Source: Hyphomicrobiaceae bacterium (GTDB lineage: Bacteria; Pseudomonadota; Alphaproteobacteria; Rhizobiales; Hyphomicrobiaceae). Taken from it: 64,000 nt of DNA. The stretch spans positions 2,029,184-2,093,183 of the forward strand of contig OZ244980.1 of assembly GCA_965223035.1 (NCBI GenBank). The letters are read 5' to 3'. Below, in pieces: positions 38,661 to 47,771 of the stretch (within the stretch, counting starts at the first letter, position 1; the number at the start of each line of letters is the position of its first letter). The position numbers were made by a program, and so were the translations under genes. The notes below the pieces were generated by a model. The model had not been told where the DNA came from and did not search any database. It saw only the letters and a list, made by a program, of their open reading frames with translations.

Positions 38661-40487
38661 ATGTTTTACATCGTTTTGGGATTTGCAGCGCTGCTCACCG
38701 GCATCATTGTGCTGTTGAGAAGCCGACGGGCATCGACCGGCGCGACGGCGCCGGTTGCGACTGGTCAAGTGCAGGGCGGACGCAGCGGGCTCAGCGCGCT
38801 GGCGGGCCTCTTCACCACCGCCCTGGGTGGCGTGATCCTGATCGTGGCCGGTATCGGGTTGCTGGCGTCGACGTCATTCGTGCACGTCGATGGCGATCGG
38901 GTCGGGCACCTGAAGCGCATCTACGGGTTGCAAGAGTTGCCGCCGGGCCGGATCATCGCGATGCCGGGGCAGAAAGGTCCGCAGGCCCAAATTCTCGGAC
39001 CGGGGTTTCACATCATTCCGCTGGTCCGGGTGCTTTACGACGTCGAGCAGTACCCGGTGATCACGGTGCCGGAAGGCTCGTACGGCGAGATCGTCGCGCT
39101 CGATGGTCAACCAATGCCAGAAGGCATGTACATCGCACCGCAATTTCCGGACGATCAAGTCGCCGACCTGCTCAAGGCGGAGTCGTTTCTGTCCTCCGAA
39201 ATCGGCTATCGGGGCCCGCAAGAGACCGTGCTCAAGCCCGGACAATACCGTCTCAATCGCTATTTGTTTTATGTTCAAGTGCGCGACAGGAAGGCCACCA
39301 TCATTCCTGCCGGGCATGTCGGCGTGGTGAAAAGCAATGTGGCAGCGCCAGGTGCGCGCTGTTTCGAACAAGAGGTGAAGGCGTCCGATGGGGCGATCCC
39401 AGGGGCCTTGTCGGTTCCCTTGGTGCCACGCGGCTGCATCGGCATTTGGCGCGATCCGCTGCTGCCTGGCGCCTACTACCTCAATCGCAAGGCCTACGAC
39501 GTGACGTTGGTCGACACCCGGGTCAAGACCTGGCTCTACAAGGGCGGGTATACCAAGCGGCTCATCAACCTGCAGGTCGATCAGCAAGGCAACATCAGAC
39601 AAAAGGAAGTCTCCGAGCCGCAGAACGTGCCGGCGAATGCCGCGGACCGTTCGGTGTTCGTGAAAATCGAGGGTTGGGACATCCCGCAGGAGTTGCGGGT
39701 CCTGGTGCAGATCAATCCGAAGAATGCTCCGATCGTGGTGGGCGCCGTTGGTGGCCTCAACGAGATCGAGAATCGGATCTTGACGCCGGTCATCAAATCG
39801 ATCGTGCGTAACGTGGCGGGCTCCGAGATCGAGCTGCCCGATCCCGACGATTCGACCCGAATGGTGCGGCGGCGCACGCGCGTGTTGGACCTGATCGAGC
39901 ATCGCGCGGCGCTGGAACAAACCATCGAGCGGGCCGTCAAGCGCGAGGGCCGCAAAGCGGGCGTGGACATTCAGGAGATCAGGCTGGGTGAGCCTTCGAT
40001 TCCCCCGGAGCTGCTGGTGTCGCGTCTGCGCGAGCAATTGGCGCAGCAGCTGGCCAAGGCCTATGCGCGTGAAACCATGGCGCAAAACAAGCGGATCGAG
40101 ACCGAGCAGGCGCGCGCTACGGCCGACGAGCAGCCGCGCCTGGTGCAAGCTCAGATCGCGGTTCAAGTGGCTGGTCAACGCGAGCAAGAGCGTGCCACCC
40201 TGGGCCGAGGTGAGCGCAAGTATCTGGAGGAGTTGGCCCGCGGCCAGCGTGCGCAGGCCGATGTGCTGGGGCAGGACCGGGTCGCCATGTTGCAGGCGCT
40301 CGAAAAGGTGCTGAGTTCGTTGGAACGAAAGCCTAAATTGGTGAGCTTGGTCAGCCGGTTGGTCCCGCATACCGTGGTCGGCTCGGGCAACACCGATGGG
40401 CTTGCCGGCGCCGCGGCGATCCTAAGCAGCGTTCTGGGCAATCAGGCTAGCCGCCAAACGCCGGCTGCTGCGGGAGAACTGCGGTAG
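38661..40487 (+). CDS. Flotillin-like SPFH/band-7 domain membrane protein (608 aa)
   Basis: From ATG 38661 there are two N-terminal TM segments. SPFH-like core: ILGPGFHIIPLV ... VKSIVRNVAG ... AGVDIQEIRLGEPSIPPEL, with a long insertion. The C-terminal coiled coil is Ala/Gln/Glu/Arg-rich (ETMAQNKRIETEQARATADE...). Confidence 0.75.
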   Translation: MFYIVLGFAALLTGIIVLLRSRRASTGATAPVATGQVQGGRSGLSALAGLFTTALGGVILIVAGIGLLASTSFVHVDGDRVGHLKRIYGLQELPPGRIIAMPGQKGPQAQILGPGFHIIPLVRVLYDVEQYPVITVPEGSYGEIVALDGQPMPEGMYIAPQFPDDQVADLLKAESFLSSEIGYRGPQETVLKPGQYRLNRYLFYVQVRDRKATIIPAGHVGVVKSNVAAPGARCFEQEVKASDGAIPGALSVPLVPRGCIGIWRDPLLPGAYYLNRKAYDVTLVDTRVKTWLYKGGYTKRLINLQVDQQGNIRQKEVSEPQNVPANAADRSVFVKIEGWDIPQELRVLVQINPKNAPIVVGAVGGLNEIENRILTPVIKSIVRNVAGSEIELPDPDDSTRMVRRRTRVLDLIEHRAALEQTIERAVKREGRKAGVDIQEIRLGEPSIPPELLVSRLREQLAQQLAKAYARETMAQNKRIETEQARATADEQPRLVQAQIAVQVAGQREQERATLGRGERKYLEELARGQRAQADVLGQDRVAMLQALEKVLSSLERKPKLVSLVSRLVPHTVVGSGNTDGLAGAAAILSSVLGNQASRQTPAAAGELR

Positions 40488-40899
40488 CACAAGATCAGGC
40501 GCGATCGATGCGCGGCACGATGCTTCGCGCACGACACCTATCCCATCTGCGGCGTGCGCCAAGCCTGGTGGCGGGAGCGCCGCACGGCCGAACCGGCCAT
40601 GGTTGACGACCAATGGTGACAGGGAGGCAGCCGGTCAGACCTGTCAGGACTGTGCCCGGTGGTTCTTCGTCCAGCGATCGATCTCGCCGATAGCAACGGA
40701 GCCGTCGGCAAGCCCACCGTCCCCGGCGGGAGGGTCGACGGTGGCCTGATCTCCACAGCCGGCGCGTGATGTTGGCCGATCGTGCCGGCTCGCCTCGATG
40801 CTGACCGATACGCGCCATATGCAGAACCGGACAATACGATCAGGCCTTATTTGAGCGACCCGATCGACCGTGGCGGTGGTGGCACGGGGGCCATTGCAG

Positions 40900-43491
40900 A
40901 TGCCGGATTCAGGTGGTGTCTCCAGGAATGTCGCGGTTGTGGTGGTGCACGGCGTAGGCGACACGCGTCCCGGCGACACGGTCAACTATATCGTCGATTC
41001 GCTGGGCGGGACGACTGAGCCCGTCGCGCATAACCGCCAAGATCCAGTGCCGGAGCCTGAGCCGGGGGCGCCGTCGACGGTGCATATCGTGGCCGCCGCC
41101 GCGCACAATGAAGTCCATTACCTGCCGGAGCCGGCGACGGATCTGGTGGAGGCAGAACGCACCGAGGCCGCAGCCAAGGCCGTCAAGCTTGGCAGAACGC
41201 CCTCCGCTGCCATGCGATTCCCGGTGTTCGCGCGGCGGGTGACGCCGGCGGGTGGTGGCAGGGCTACGGTGATCGAGCTTTATTGGGCCGACCTCACCAA
41301 GAAGGATGGCGGATGGTTCAACGCCGCCGTTGGCTTTGCGCGCTTCATTTTTGAGATCCCGCATGTCATCGATGGATTTCTGCGGCATCCGAAGGATTGG
41401 CTCAGCCAAGTGTTTCGTTGGTTGGTGTTGGTCGCCAGCTGCTGCGTGCGGGGGCCGTTGGCGGGATACTGCACGGTCATGCTCGGCGGCGGGTTGATCT
41501 ATTGGTCATTCAGCCAGATCCCCAAGCGTGAGGACGTCGGCATGCTCGCCGATCAGATCGCGAAGGTGATCGGCGACGTCGCCCAACAGATGCCGCCTTG
41601 GCTGAATATATCGACGATCCTGCGGCCGATGGCCGGGATGGCGGAAACGCCGTACCGGGATGTACTGTTGATCTGCACCGTCGGCATCGCCGCTTTTGCC
41701 GTGACCTCGGCTTGTGTGAGCTTGCTGGCCAGATCCGAGCGGCCGGCCGTGACGTCGTCCGCCCTATGCCTGCTGATCCTGGCGCTGTTCTATCTGATCG
41801 ACATTTTGGTTCTGCGGCCGGGTCGATACGCCAACTATGCGGGAATTTTGTATTTCGATTATTTGTCGGTGGCGATGTTCGTGCTGGGCTGGGCTGGGTT
41901 CCATGCCTTTGTCACACGACGCAAACACGATGTTGGATTTGCCGACCTGGGCTTTTTCGTTGGCGCGTGGGCCTGGTTTTTTGTGTTCGATTTGAGCCCA
42001 TTGGGGGATGGTGTTCGCACCGGCTTGGGGTTTGACGTTGAGCAGCTGATCAAGCCGTCGGATATCCACTCATCAACCGTGCACTTTAAGGCCTTCGATC
42101 TCTACTACTGGCTGTTGAGTTGGCTGTGGGCGAGTTGGGCGGTTTTAATGTTGTCGGCGTTCGTGCTGGCTGTCGCCCTTTACGTGCTGAACTTCTGGCG
42201 CTGGAGCAGGGGTTATCGCGGCATCTTCGCGGCGCTGGCGCTTGCCACGGTTCAAGCCTGCGTTTGGCTGACGGTGTTGCCGGCGCTCGGCGTGCTGCAC
42301 ATCGACGACGTGTTATGCAGCGGCAATCGCTATTCCGACAAGATTGAGCCGGTGGGCTGCCAATCCAAATTAAGACAAAACAACGACCTGGTGCGGTTGT
42401 TGAGCTCTCTGCAGGAAGTTGACGCACCGCGCGGCGTGCTGCCAGCGCAGACCCGCGCCAAGCTCGACCGAACCATTGCCGAGCGCACGGCGCAAAAGAT
42501 GCACCCGCCGATGTTGCGGGCGATCACCGAGTTGTCGCTCTCCGTTGTTTGGCACAGCGCCATTTTACTCGGCGCGGTTGTGTTGGGCCTGGCGGTGGTG
42601 TTCTGGCATTTCTTGCGGACACGGATATTGCCGTTGTCATCCACGCTGCGGCCGCCGCGGCTCGTGATCAGCATGTGGGGGTTGTGGTGGCTTGGCGTGT
42701 TGGGCTTCATCAACGTTGTTTTGTGCTTCAGCTGGATCGATCACGGCGGAGAAACCGCACGCCTTGTCCTTGCGAGAATCGGCTTGGAGCAGGCCGCGAG
42801 TATGGGCGGGATTGCGGTGCCTGCGGAGGTTGTGCAGATGGTGGTGCTGTTCGCCAGCGCCTTGCTGATCGTCTCGCAAGCGTCGGTGTTCAAGACCGCG
42901 TTCTCCGGCATCCTCGACGTGATGCAGGATTTGATCGACCATCACTACCGGGTCGGGACCAGCTTGGTCGGTCGCATGACCAGGCGGCCCGGTGACCAGC
43001 CGATCCGGCGCGATCGGATCACCGCCCGTCTCGACGTTGTGATGCGGGAGTTGGTGGCGAAGCAAGACTATGACGACGTGATTTTTCTCGCGCATAGCCA
43101 AGGCACGGTGATCGTGTTCGACTACCTGCGCGGCGATCGCGCGCGAGCCGCGCTGGGGGATCGGCGGCCGCACGTCGTCACCGCGGGCTCGCCGCTGAGC
43201 AATATCTATGAGTATTACTTCAACGAATACCGGGACCTGCCGGCGCAGATCGCGGCGATGTCCCCGTGCCCGGCAACGTGGACCAACTTTTATCGGTTGG
43301 ACGACCCGATTTCCGGTCCGCTGTCGACGTGCGTCAAGATTGAGGCCAAGCCCGTTGACGGTCCGGTCTGTCCGGTCAACAACGTCCGCTTGCAGACCGG
43401 TGCAGGACACTTTGCCTATTGGCCCGACGGCGAGGTTCGCGAGCGCATCGCCGGGCTGCTGAACCGGGCCTATGACCGAGCCACGGTTTAG
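40900..43491 (+). CDS. Polytopic membrane protein with split lipase-type alpha/beta-hydrolase motifs
   Basis: ATG 40900 (GTG 40870 alternative). N-terminus: VAVVVVHGVGD ... VIELYWADL. About 12 hydrophobic helices follow. C-terminus: DDVIFLAHSQGTVIVFDYL (GxSxG), VVTAGSPLSNIY, FYRLDDPISG, GAGHFAYW. Third-position GC is coding-like. Confidence 0.8.
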   Translation: MPDSGGVSRNVAVVVVHGVGDTRPGDTVNYIVDSLGGTTEPVAHNRQDPVPEPEPGAPSTVHIVAAAAHNEVHYLPEPATDLVEAERTEAAAKAVKLGRTPSAAMRFPVFARRVTPAGGGRATVIELYWADLTKKDGGWFNAAVGFARFIFEIPHVIDGFLRHPKDWLSQVFRWLVLVASCCVRGPLAGYCTVMLGGGLIYWSFSQIPKREDVGMLADQIAKVIGDVAQQMPPWLNISTILRPMAGMAETPYRDVLLICTVGIAAFAVTSACVSLLARSERPAVTSSALCLLILALFYLIDILVLRPGRYANYAGILYFDYLSVAMFVLGWAGFHAFVTRRKHDVGFADLGFFVGAWAWFFVFDLSPLGDGVRTGLGFDVEQLIKPSDIHSSTVHFKAFDLYYWLLSWLWASWAVLMLSAFVLAVALYVLNFWRWSRGYRGIFAALALATVQACVWLTVLPALGVLHIDDVLCSGNRYSDKIEPVGCQSKLRQNNDLVRLLSSLQEVDAPRGVLPAQTRAKLDRTIAERTAQKMHPPMLRAITELSLSVVWHSAILLGAVVLGLAVVFWHFLRTRILPLSSTLRPPRLVISMWGLWWLGVLGFINVVLCFSWIDHGGETARLVLARIGLEQAASMGGIAVPAEVVQMVVLFASALLIVSQASVFKTAFSGILDVMQDLIDHHYRVGTSLVGRMTRRPGDQPIRRDRITARLDVVMRELVAKQDYDDVIFLAHSQGTVIVFDYLRGDRARAALGDRRPHVVTAGSPLSNIYEYYFNEYRDLPAQIAAMSPCPATWTNFYRLDDPISGPLSTCVKIEAKPVDGPVCPVNNVRLQTGAGHFAYWPDGEVRERIAGLLNRAYDRATV

Positions 43492-43615
43492 TTCTTTCCC
43501 GCCGCAGCTGGAATTATCCCGCTCCCCGATCCGGCCGCGCACACCATCGTGCCAAGGGGTGGCCGCAGCTGGGAGCGGGCCGGCAAGCAGCGTCCGCCTC
43601 AGGTGAGATCGATCC
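43492..43615. repeat. Inverted G-module directly after the stop of the 864-aa gene
   Basis: gctggaattatcccgctccccgatccgg...ccatcgtgccaaggggtggccgcagctgggagcgggccggcaagcagcgtccgcctcagg is the complement of the G-module consensus. Confidence 0.75.
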
Positions 43616-43954
43616 GGACTGCGATCGATTTCAATGGGTTCGGTCGAAGCCGCCCAGCGCGTCTGCGATCTGTGATTGATAGCAGGGTGCGGATTGGTGC
43701 GGGATCGGCGCCTGCATCCTTCCACCGTCGATCGTCCACGCGAGTGTTCTGTGACACGAGCTGCCCGTCGACCGGTTGCGGATGCCGGTGGGTGGAATCA
43801 GATATCATGTTTGACCGCGGCAGGGTGATGTTGCTGAGGCCGCCTGCCGATGTTTGCTGCGCGTCTTGCCTTCGCCGCCTTTTTAGAGGTGTTAATGGGA
43901 TCGGCTGGCGAGGGCCGCGACCAACGTAAGCGGTCTCGCTGAAAGGCATGCTCG

Positions 43955-44809
43955 ATGGCTTCGATTGCAGTTCGAATAGCGCTGGCCGTTGCCCTCCTGT
44001 TCGGGAGCGCCGCCATCGTCGGCCAAGCGCTCGGCGCCGACGTGATCGGCGTCGTGTCCCGCTTATTGGTCTGGTTCTGGCTGCAGATCGTGGAACTGTT
44101 CGCACGCGTTGCCGGCGTGTTCTCCAAGTCGCTGGCCGGTTGGATTCGGTTGGTGGCACAACGGGCGGCGATGCGGCGATTGATGCAGCCGATTTGGCGC
44201 TCCTTGATCATCGTCTCATCCTTGTTTCTGATTGGCCGCAACCGCCACGACCGGGCCGAGCGGTGGATCGGCAAGCGGCAGGCCCAGTTTGCCGCGTACG
44301 CCAAGGCCATCGTCAACTTCAAGCCGAATTGGCCACGTGGTCTCAGAGCAGCGCTTGCGGTGATGGTGATCGGCTTGTTTGTCACCCTATTCATCTGGAT
44401 CTCGCAGAACATCGGCAAATGGTGGGGCTTAGGTGCCTCTGTCGTGTTGTGGATGATGGTGGAGAGAGTTCAGGTGATCGGGCTTGATGCATTGCTTTCT
44501 CTGATCACGGAGAAATGGGCGCCGGTGCGCTCTTTCATTGGGCGCCACCCCGTCGTCAGATGGCTGTGGTTGGGACCGGTGTTCGATTGGCTGGCGCAGT
44601 CGTTGGAGTCGTATAAGGAGCAACATGGCGAAATCTATCAAGGCAAGAGCATCTTTGAGGTTTGGCGGCGGCGCAGCCACGCCAGGCTGAAGCCGCGCAA
44701 GCACGTGCGCGCGCCTGCAGGCGAGGCAACCGGCACCGCGGGCCAGCAGCAGTCCCGACAAAATGGTGACGCCGGTCCGACCAAGACGAAAGATGGCGTG
44801 CCGGGCTAA
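43955..44809 (+). CDS. Hypothetical multi-pass membrane protein (284 aa) with a basic/Gln-rich tail
   Basis: About 5 hydrophobic helices (IALAVALLFGSAAIVG, LLVWFWLQIVELF, LIIVSSLFLIG, ALAVMVIGLFVTLFIWI, GASVVLWMMV). Third-position GC is high, unlike the overlapping antisense ORF. I recognise no family. Confidence 0.65.
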   Translation: MASIAVRIALAVALLFGSAAIVGQALGADVIGVVSRLLVWFWLQIVELFARVAGVFSKSLAGWIRLVAQRAAMRRLMQPIWRSLIIVSSLFLIGRNRHDRAERWIGKRQAQFAAYAKAIVNFKPNWPRGLRAALAVMVIGLFVTLFIWISQNIGKWWGLGASVVLWMMVERVQVIGLDALLSLITEKWAPVRSFIGRHPVVRWLWLGPVFDWLAQSLESYKEQHGEIYQGKSIFEVWRRRSHARLKPRKHVRAPAGEATGTAGQQQSRQNGDAGPTKTKDGVPG

Positions 44810-44927
44810 CGGACGGGTGTCGGAGCGCTCTGGGCAACCGACGCTTCGGCGTGGCTTGCGTTGCGCGATCTGCGTGGCTGGCCTACCCTCGGCGCCCAGT
44901 CTTTGATCTCGATGAGGGCTTAGCGTT

Positions 44928-45626
44928 ATGCACGATTATGCCATGCCGCAAACCGTCAAGGACCGCGTGTTGGCGCGGATGGGTCGACCTTACTGCTTGG
45001 AGCGGCTGGAGGCCGAACGCAGCGCCTTGATGGTCGTCGATATGCAGAATTATTTCTGTGCCAAGGGCTATCCAAACGAGGTTCCTCAAGCGCGCGCCAT
45101 CGTTCCCAATATCAATCGCTTGGCCGCGGCGATGCGGGCGGCGGGCGGTACGGTGGCCTGGGTGCAAACCACCGTTGAGGGTGTCTTGCAGCATTGGGCT
45201 CACTTTCAGACCAAGATGCTGACGCCGGAGCGTCAGGCCAGACGCCTCGCCGGCCTTGATGACCGGTCCGAAGGCTACGCGTTGTTCCCGGAATTGCAGG
45301 CGCTCGCCAGTGACATTTACATCAAGAAGATCAAATATAGTGCTTTCATCGACGGTTCTTCGGATGCCGAGGCACAGCTGCGCGCGCGTGGGATCGACAC
45401 GGTGTTGATCGCGGGTACCCTGACCAACGTGTGCTGTGAATCGACGGCGCGGGATGCCATGCTGCGCGATTACCGGGTCGCCATGTTGTCGGACGCCAAC
45501 GCCACGCTGAGCACACAGGAACATGCGGCGACGCTCAACACCTTTGCCATGTTCTTTGGCGATGTGCTGACGGTCGACCAGGCCATCGCCAAGTTGGTGC
45601 CGGTGGCCGCCGTGCGCTCGGCCTGA
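44928..45626 (+). CDS. Isochorismatase-family cysteine hydrolase
   Basis: ALMVVDMQNYF, KIKYSAF, and LIAGTLTNVCCESTARDA with the catalytic Cys. Confidence 0.88.
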   Translation: MHDYAMPQTVKDRVLARMGRPYCLERLEAERSALMVVDMQNYFCAKGYPNEVPQARAIVPNINRLAAAMRAAGGTVAWVQTTVEGVLQHWAHFQTKMLTPERQARRLAGLDDRSEGYALFPELQALASDIYIKKIKYSAFIDGSSDAEAQLRARGIDTVLIAGTLTNVCCESTARDAMLRDYRVAMLSDANATLSTQEHAATLNTFAMFFGDVLTVDQAIAKLVPVAAVRSA

Positions 45627-45651
45627 CCGTTTCCGGCGTGGCGAGCCATCG

Positions 45652-46611
45652 TCATTGGCTGGTGGTGACCGTCAGGTTGCGGAAATGCATGATGGTGTCG
45701 AGTAGCGCCTGCAGGCTTTGCTCCACGTCCGTGCCTGTCGTGTCGACGATCGCGTGCGCGCGCCGGTAAAGTGGCTCACGGCTCGACAAGATGGTTTTGA
45801 GATCGTTCATCGCCGAGCGATGGTGCGCCATCGGTCTCAGGTCGCCCTGACCGCGCACGCGCGCCATGTGTGCCTCCGGCGGAGCCTTGATCCAAATCGT
45901 GAAAAAGGACGACAGCAGAAACTCCAGCGTCACCGGCTCGGCCACGACGCCGCCCCCTGTGGCGAGGATCATCGGGCCGTTTTGCTGTGCTACCCGGCGC
46001 AGCGCGTCTTGCTCAAATCGTCGGTAGCCGTCCTGACCGTACAACGTGAAAATGTCGGTCATGGAGAAGCCTTGCTCGTGCTCGATCTCTGCGTTGAGCT
46101 CGCTGAAGGTCCAGCCCAGCCGTTGCGCCGCGTGGCGTCCTAGCGTCGTCTTGCCAGCACCGCGCAGGCCGATCAGTGCGATCCGATCTGTCATCGCCTG
46201 CGGGCTGTGTCGGATCCCCAGGTTGGATTGCGGCCCGGACAGCAACGCCTTGACTTGCTGCAACTGTTCGGGTGTGGCGGTGCGCAGCAAATCGCGAATG
46301 AGCGTATCGATCGGCTCAAGCAAATCCTCGTGGATCAGATTATCGAGGGGGACGCCCGTCGCCTTGGCGATACGCCGCAGCAAGATGATCGATGCGTTGC
46401 CGGTGCCGCTTTCGATCTGGGCGATATAGCGCTCCGACAATCCGGAGGCTTGGGCCAACACCTTGCGCGACATCCCGCGCACCGCCCGCAGGCGACGCAA
46501 GCGATGGCCAAGCGCGGCCAGATAGGCCGCATCCTGATCGCCGTCGGCGTCCGGCGTTGCGCTCGCCGCAAGCGTGGCCGTTGCCAACCCAGGCGCCTTA
46601 TCGGTCGGCAT
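45652..46611 (-). CDS. boxR: BzdR/BoxR-type transcriptional regulator (XRE HTH plus shikimate-kinase-like domain)
   Basis: HTH: LRAVRGMSRKVLAQASGLSERYIAQIESGTGNASIILLRRIAKATG. P-loop: IALIGLRGAGKTTLG. It is divergent from the box genes. ATG 46656 is an alternative start. Confidence 0.8.
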   Translation of the reverse strand: MPTDKAPGLATATLAASATPDADGDQDAAYLAALGHRLRRLRAVRGMSRKVLAQASGLSERYIAQIESGTGNASIILLRRIAKATGVPLDNLIHEDLLEPIDTLIRDLLRTATPEQLQQVKALLSGPQSNLGIRHSPQAMTDRIALIGLRGAGKTTLGRHAAQRLGWTFSELNAEIEHEQGFSMTDIFTLYGQDGYRRFEQDALRRVAQQNGPMILATGGGVVAEPVTLEFLLSSFFTIWIKAPPEAHMARVRGQGDLRPMAHHRSAMNDLKTILSSREPLYRRAHAIVDTTGTDVEQSLQALLDTIMHFRNLTVTTSQ

Positions 46612-46672
46612 CGGGTCGTTCCGTGCGGGCTTGTCTGGGCGGCTCGATCTGCGCATTCGCTTCGGTCCAATC

Positions 46673-46686
46673 TGCAGAATAATGCA
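46673..46686. promoter_or_regulatory. TGCA-N6-TGCA palindrome, candidate BoxR operator
   Basis: TGCAgaataaTGCA in the boxR / hydrolase divergent intergenic region. Confidence 0.5.
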
Positions 46687-46923
46687 TTAGCACATTGACA
46701 ACGGCGGCTCCACAGGCTTTGAATTGAATTATATTTCAACTTTTGGCGTCAGATGTTGGGCCGATCACGTGCTGGGCCGAAGGGTGTGTGCCTCGGCGAT
46801 AGCGAGGTCAGACCCCCTGCAGCATCGATTTTGAGATGGACGGTCGATCGATCGAGGCCGATCATGCGTGCGGATCGATGACCGGCGCCACCGGGGATCA
46901 GCAACGAGCGCGATGAGGATCGC

Positions 46924-47715
46924 ATGAGCCAAGCGATGCGCAAAGGCTGGATCGAGTTGGAAACGCAGCGGCTCGAATATCGCTTGATGGGCCCGGACCC
47001 GCAGTCGGCGCCGACCTTGGTGATGCTGCATGAGGGCTTGGGTTCGGCCGATCTGTGGGGCGATCTGCCGGCCGAACTGGCCAAGGCCACCGGCTGCGGC
47101 GTGCTCACCTATTCCCGTGCTGGCTACGGTGCGTCATCGCCGGTGACGGTGCCGCGTCCCTACGCATTCATGCACGATGAGGCGCTGACGGTGCTGCCGC
47201 GCGTCTTGGATCGCTTCGATTTCCGGCGAGGTCTGCTGATTGGCGCTTCCGATGGGGCCTCGATCGCGACCATCTATGCGGGTCGCATCGAGGATCATCG
47301 GGTGCAGGGTTTGACGCTGATCGCCCCCCATTTCATCATCGAGGATCAAACCGCAGCAGGTGCTCGAGCGGCCAAGCTGGCCTACGAGCAGGGCGATCTC
47401 AAGGGCAAGCTGGCGCGCTGGCACAACGACGTCGATGGGGCCTTCTACGGCTGGAATCAGACGGTGGCCGATCCGGAATTTCAGCGCAGCTGGGACATCA
47501 CCGATGCGCTCGCTTACATCCGGGTGCCGATCCAAATCCTGCAGGGTGAAAACGACGAGTACGGCACCCACCGCCAAATCGAGATCGCCGAGGCGGAATG
47601 CTACTGCCCGGTGGAAGCAACCATATTCCCCGGAGCGGGTCATTCGATCCACCGCGAGGCGCTCGAACAGACCACGCAAGCGATCGTGCCCTTCGTCCAT
47701 CGTGTTTTGCGTTGA
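46924..47715 (+). CDS. Alpha/beta-fold hydrolase associated with the box cluster
   Basis: LVMLHEGLGS, nucleophile elbow LIGASDGAS, C-terminal GAGHSIH. It sits immediately upstream of boxC. Confidence 0.8.
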   Translation: MSQAMRKGWIELETQRLEYRLMGPDPQSAPTLVMLHEGLGSADLWGDLPAELAKATGCGVLTYSRAGYGASSPVTVPRPYAFMHDEALTVLPRVLDRFDFRRGLLIGASDGASIATIYAGRIEDHRVQGLTLIAPHFIIEDQTAAGARAAKLAYEQGDLKGKLARWHNDVDGAFYGWNQTVADPEFQRSWDITDALAYIRVPIQILQGENDEYGTHRQIEIAEAECYCPVEATIFPGAGHSIHREALEQTTQAIVPFVHRVLR

Positions 47716-47731
47716 CGCCGGTGCGGTTTGA

Positions 47732-47745
47732 TGCATTATAGTGCA
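47732..47745. promoter_or_regulatory. TGCA-N6-TGCA palindrome, candidate BoxR operator upstream of boxC
   Basis: TGCAttatagTGCA. A near-duplicate ATGCATTATAcTGC follows at 47772-47785 and overlaps the boxC start codon. Confidence 0.5.
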
Positions 47746-47771
47746 TAATAATGGCGAGTGGAAGGTGTTTC

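Noticed and set aside
38874-40370. 498-aa ORF antisense to the SPFH gene. Similar long antisense ORFs lie at 42637-43725 and 43798-44418, opposite the membrane-protein genes.
   Set aside because: These are typical high-GC shadow ORFs with Arg/His/Leu/Gly/Asp-rich, low-information translations. The sense-strand genes have family motifs and the expected third-position GC bias.
40644-40985. 113-aa minus-strand ORF in the spacer before the 864-aa gene. Its last 35 codons have high third-position GC.
   Set aside because: The bias is not sustained upstream (about bulk level). There is no ATG or RBS, it overlaps the start of the 864-aa gene, and it has no recognisable domain.
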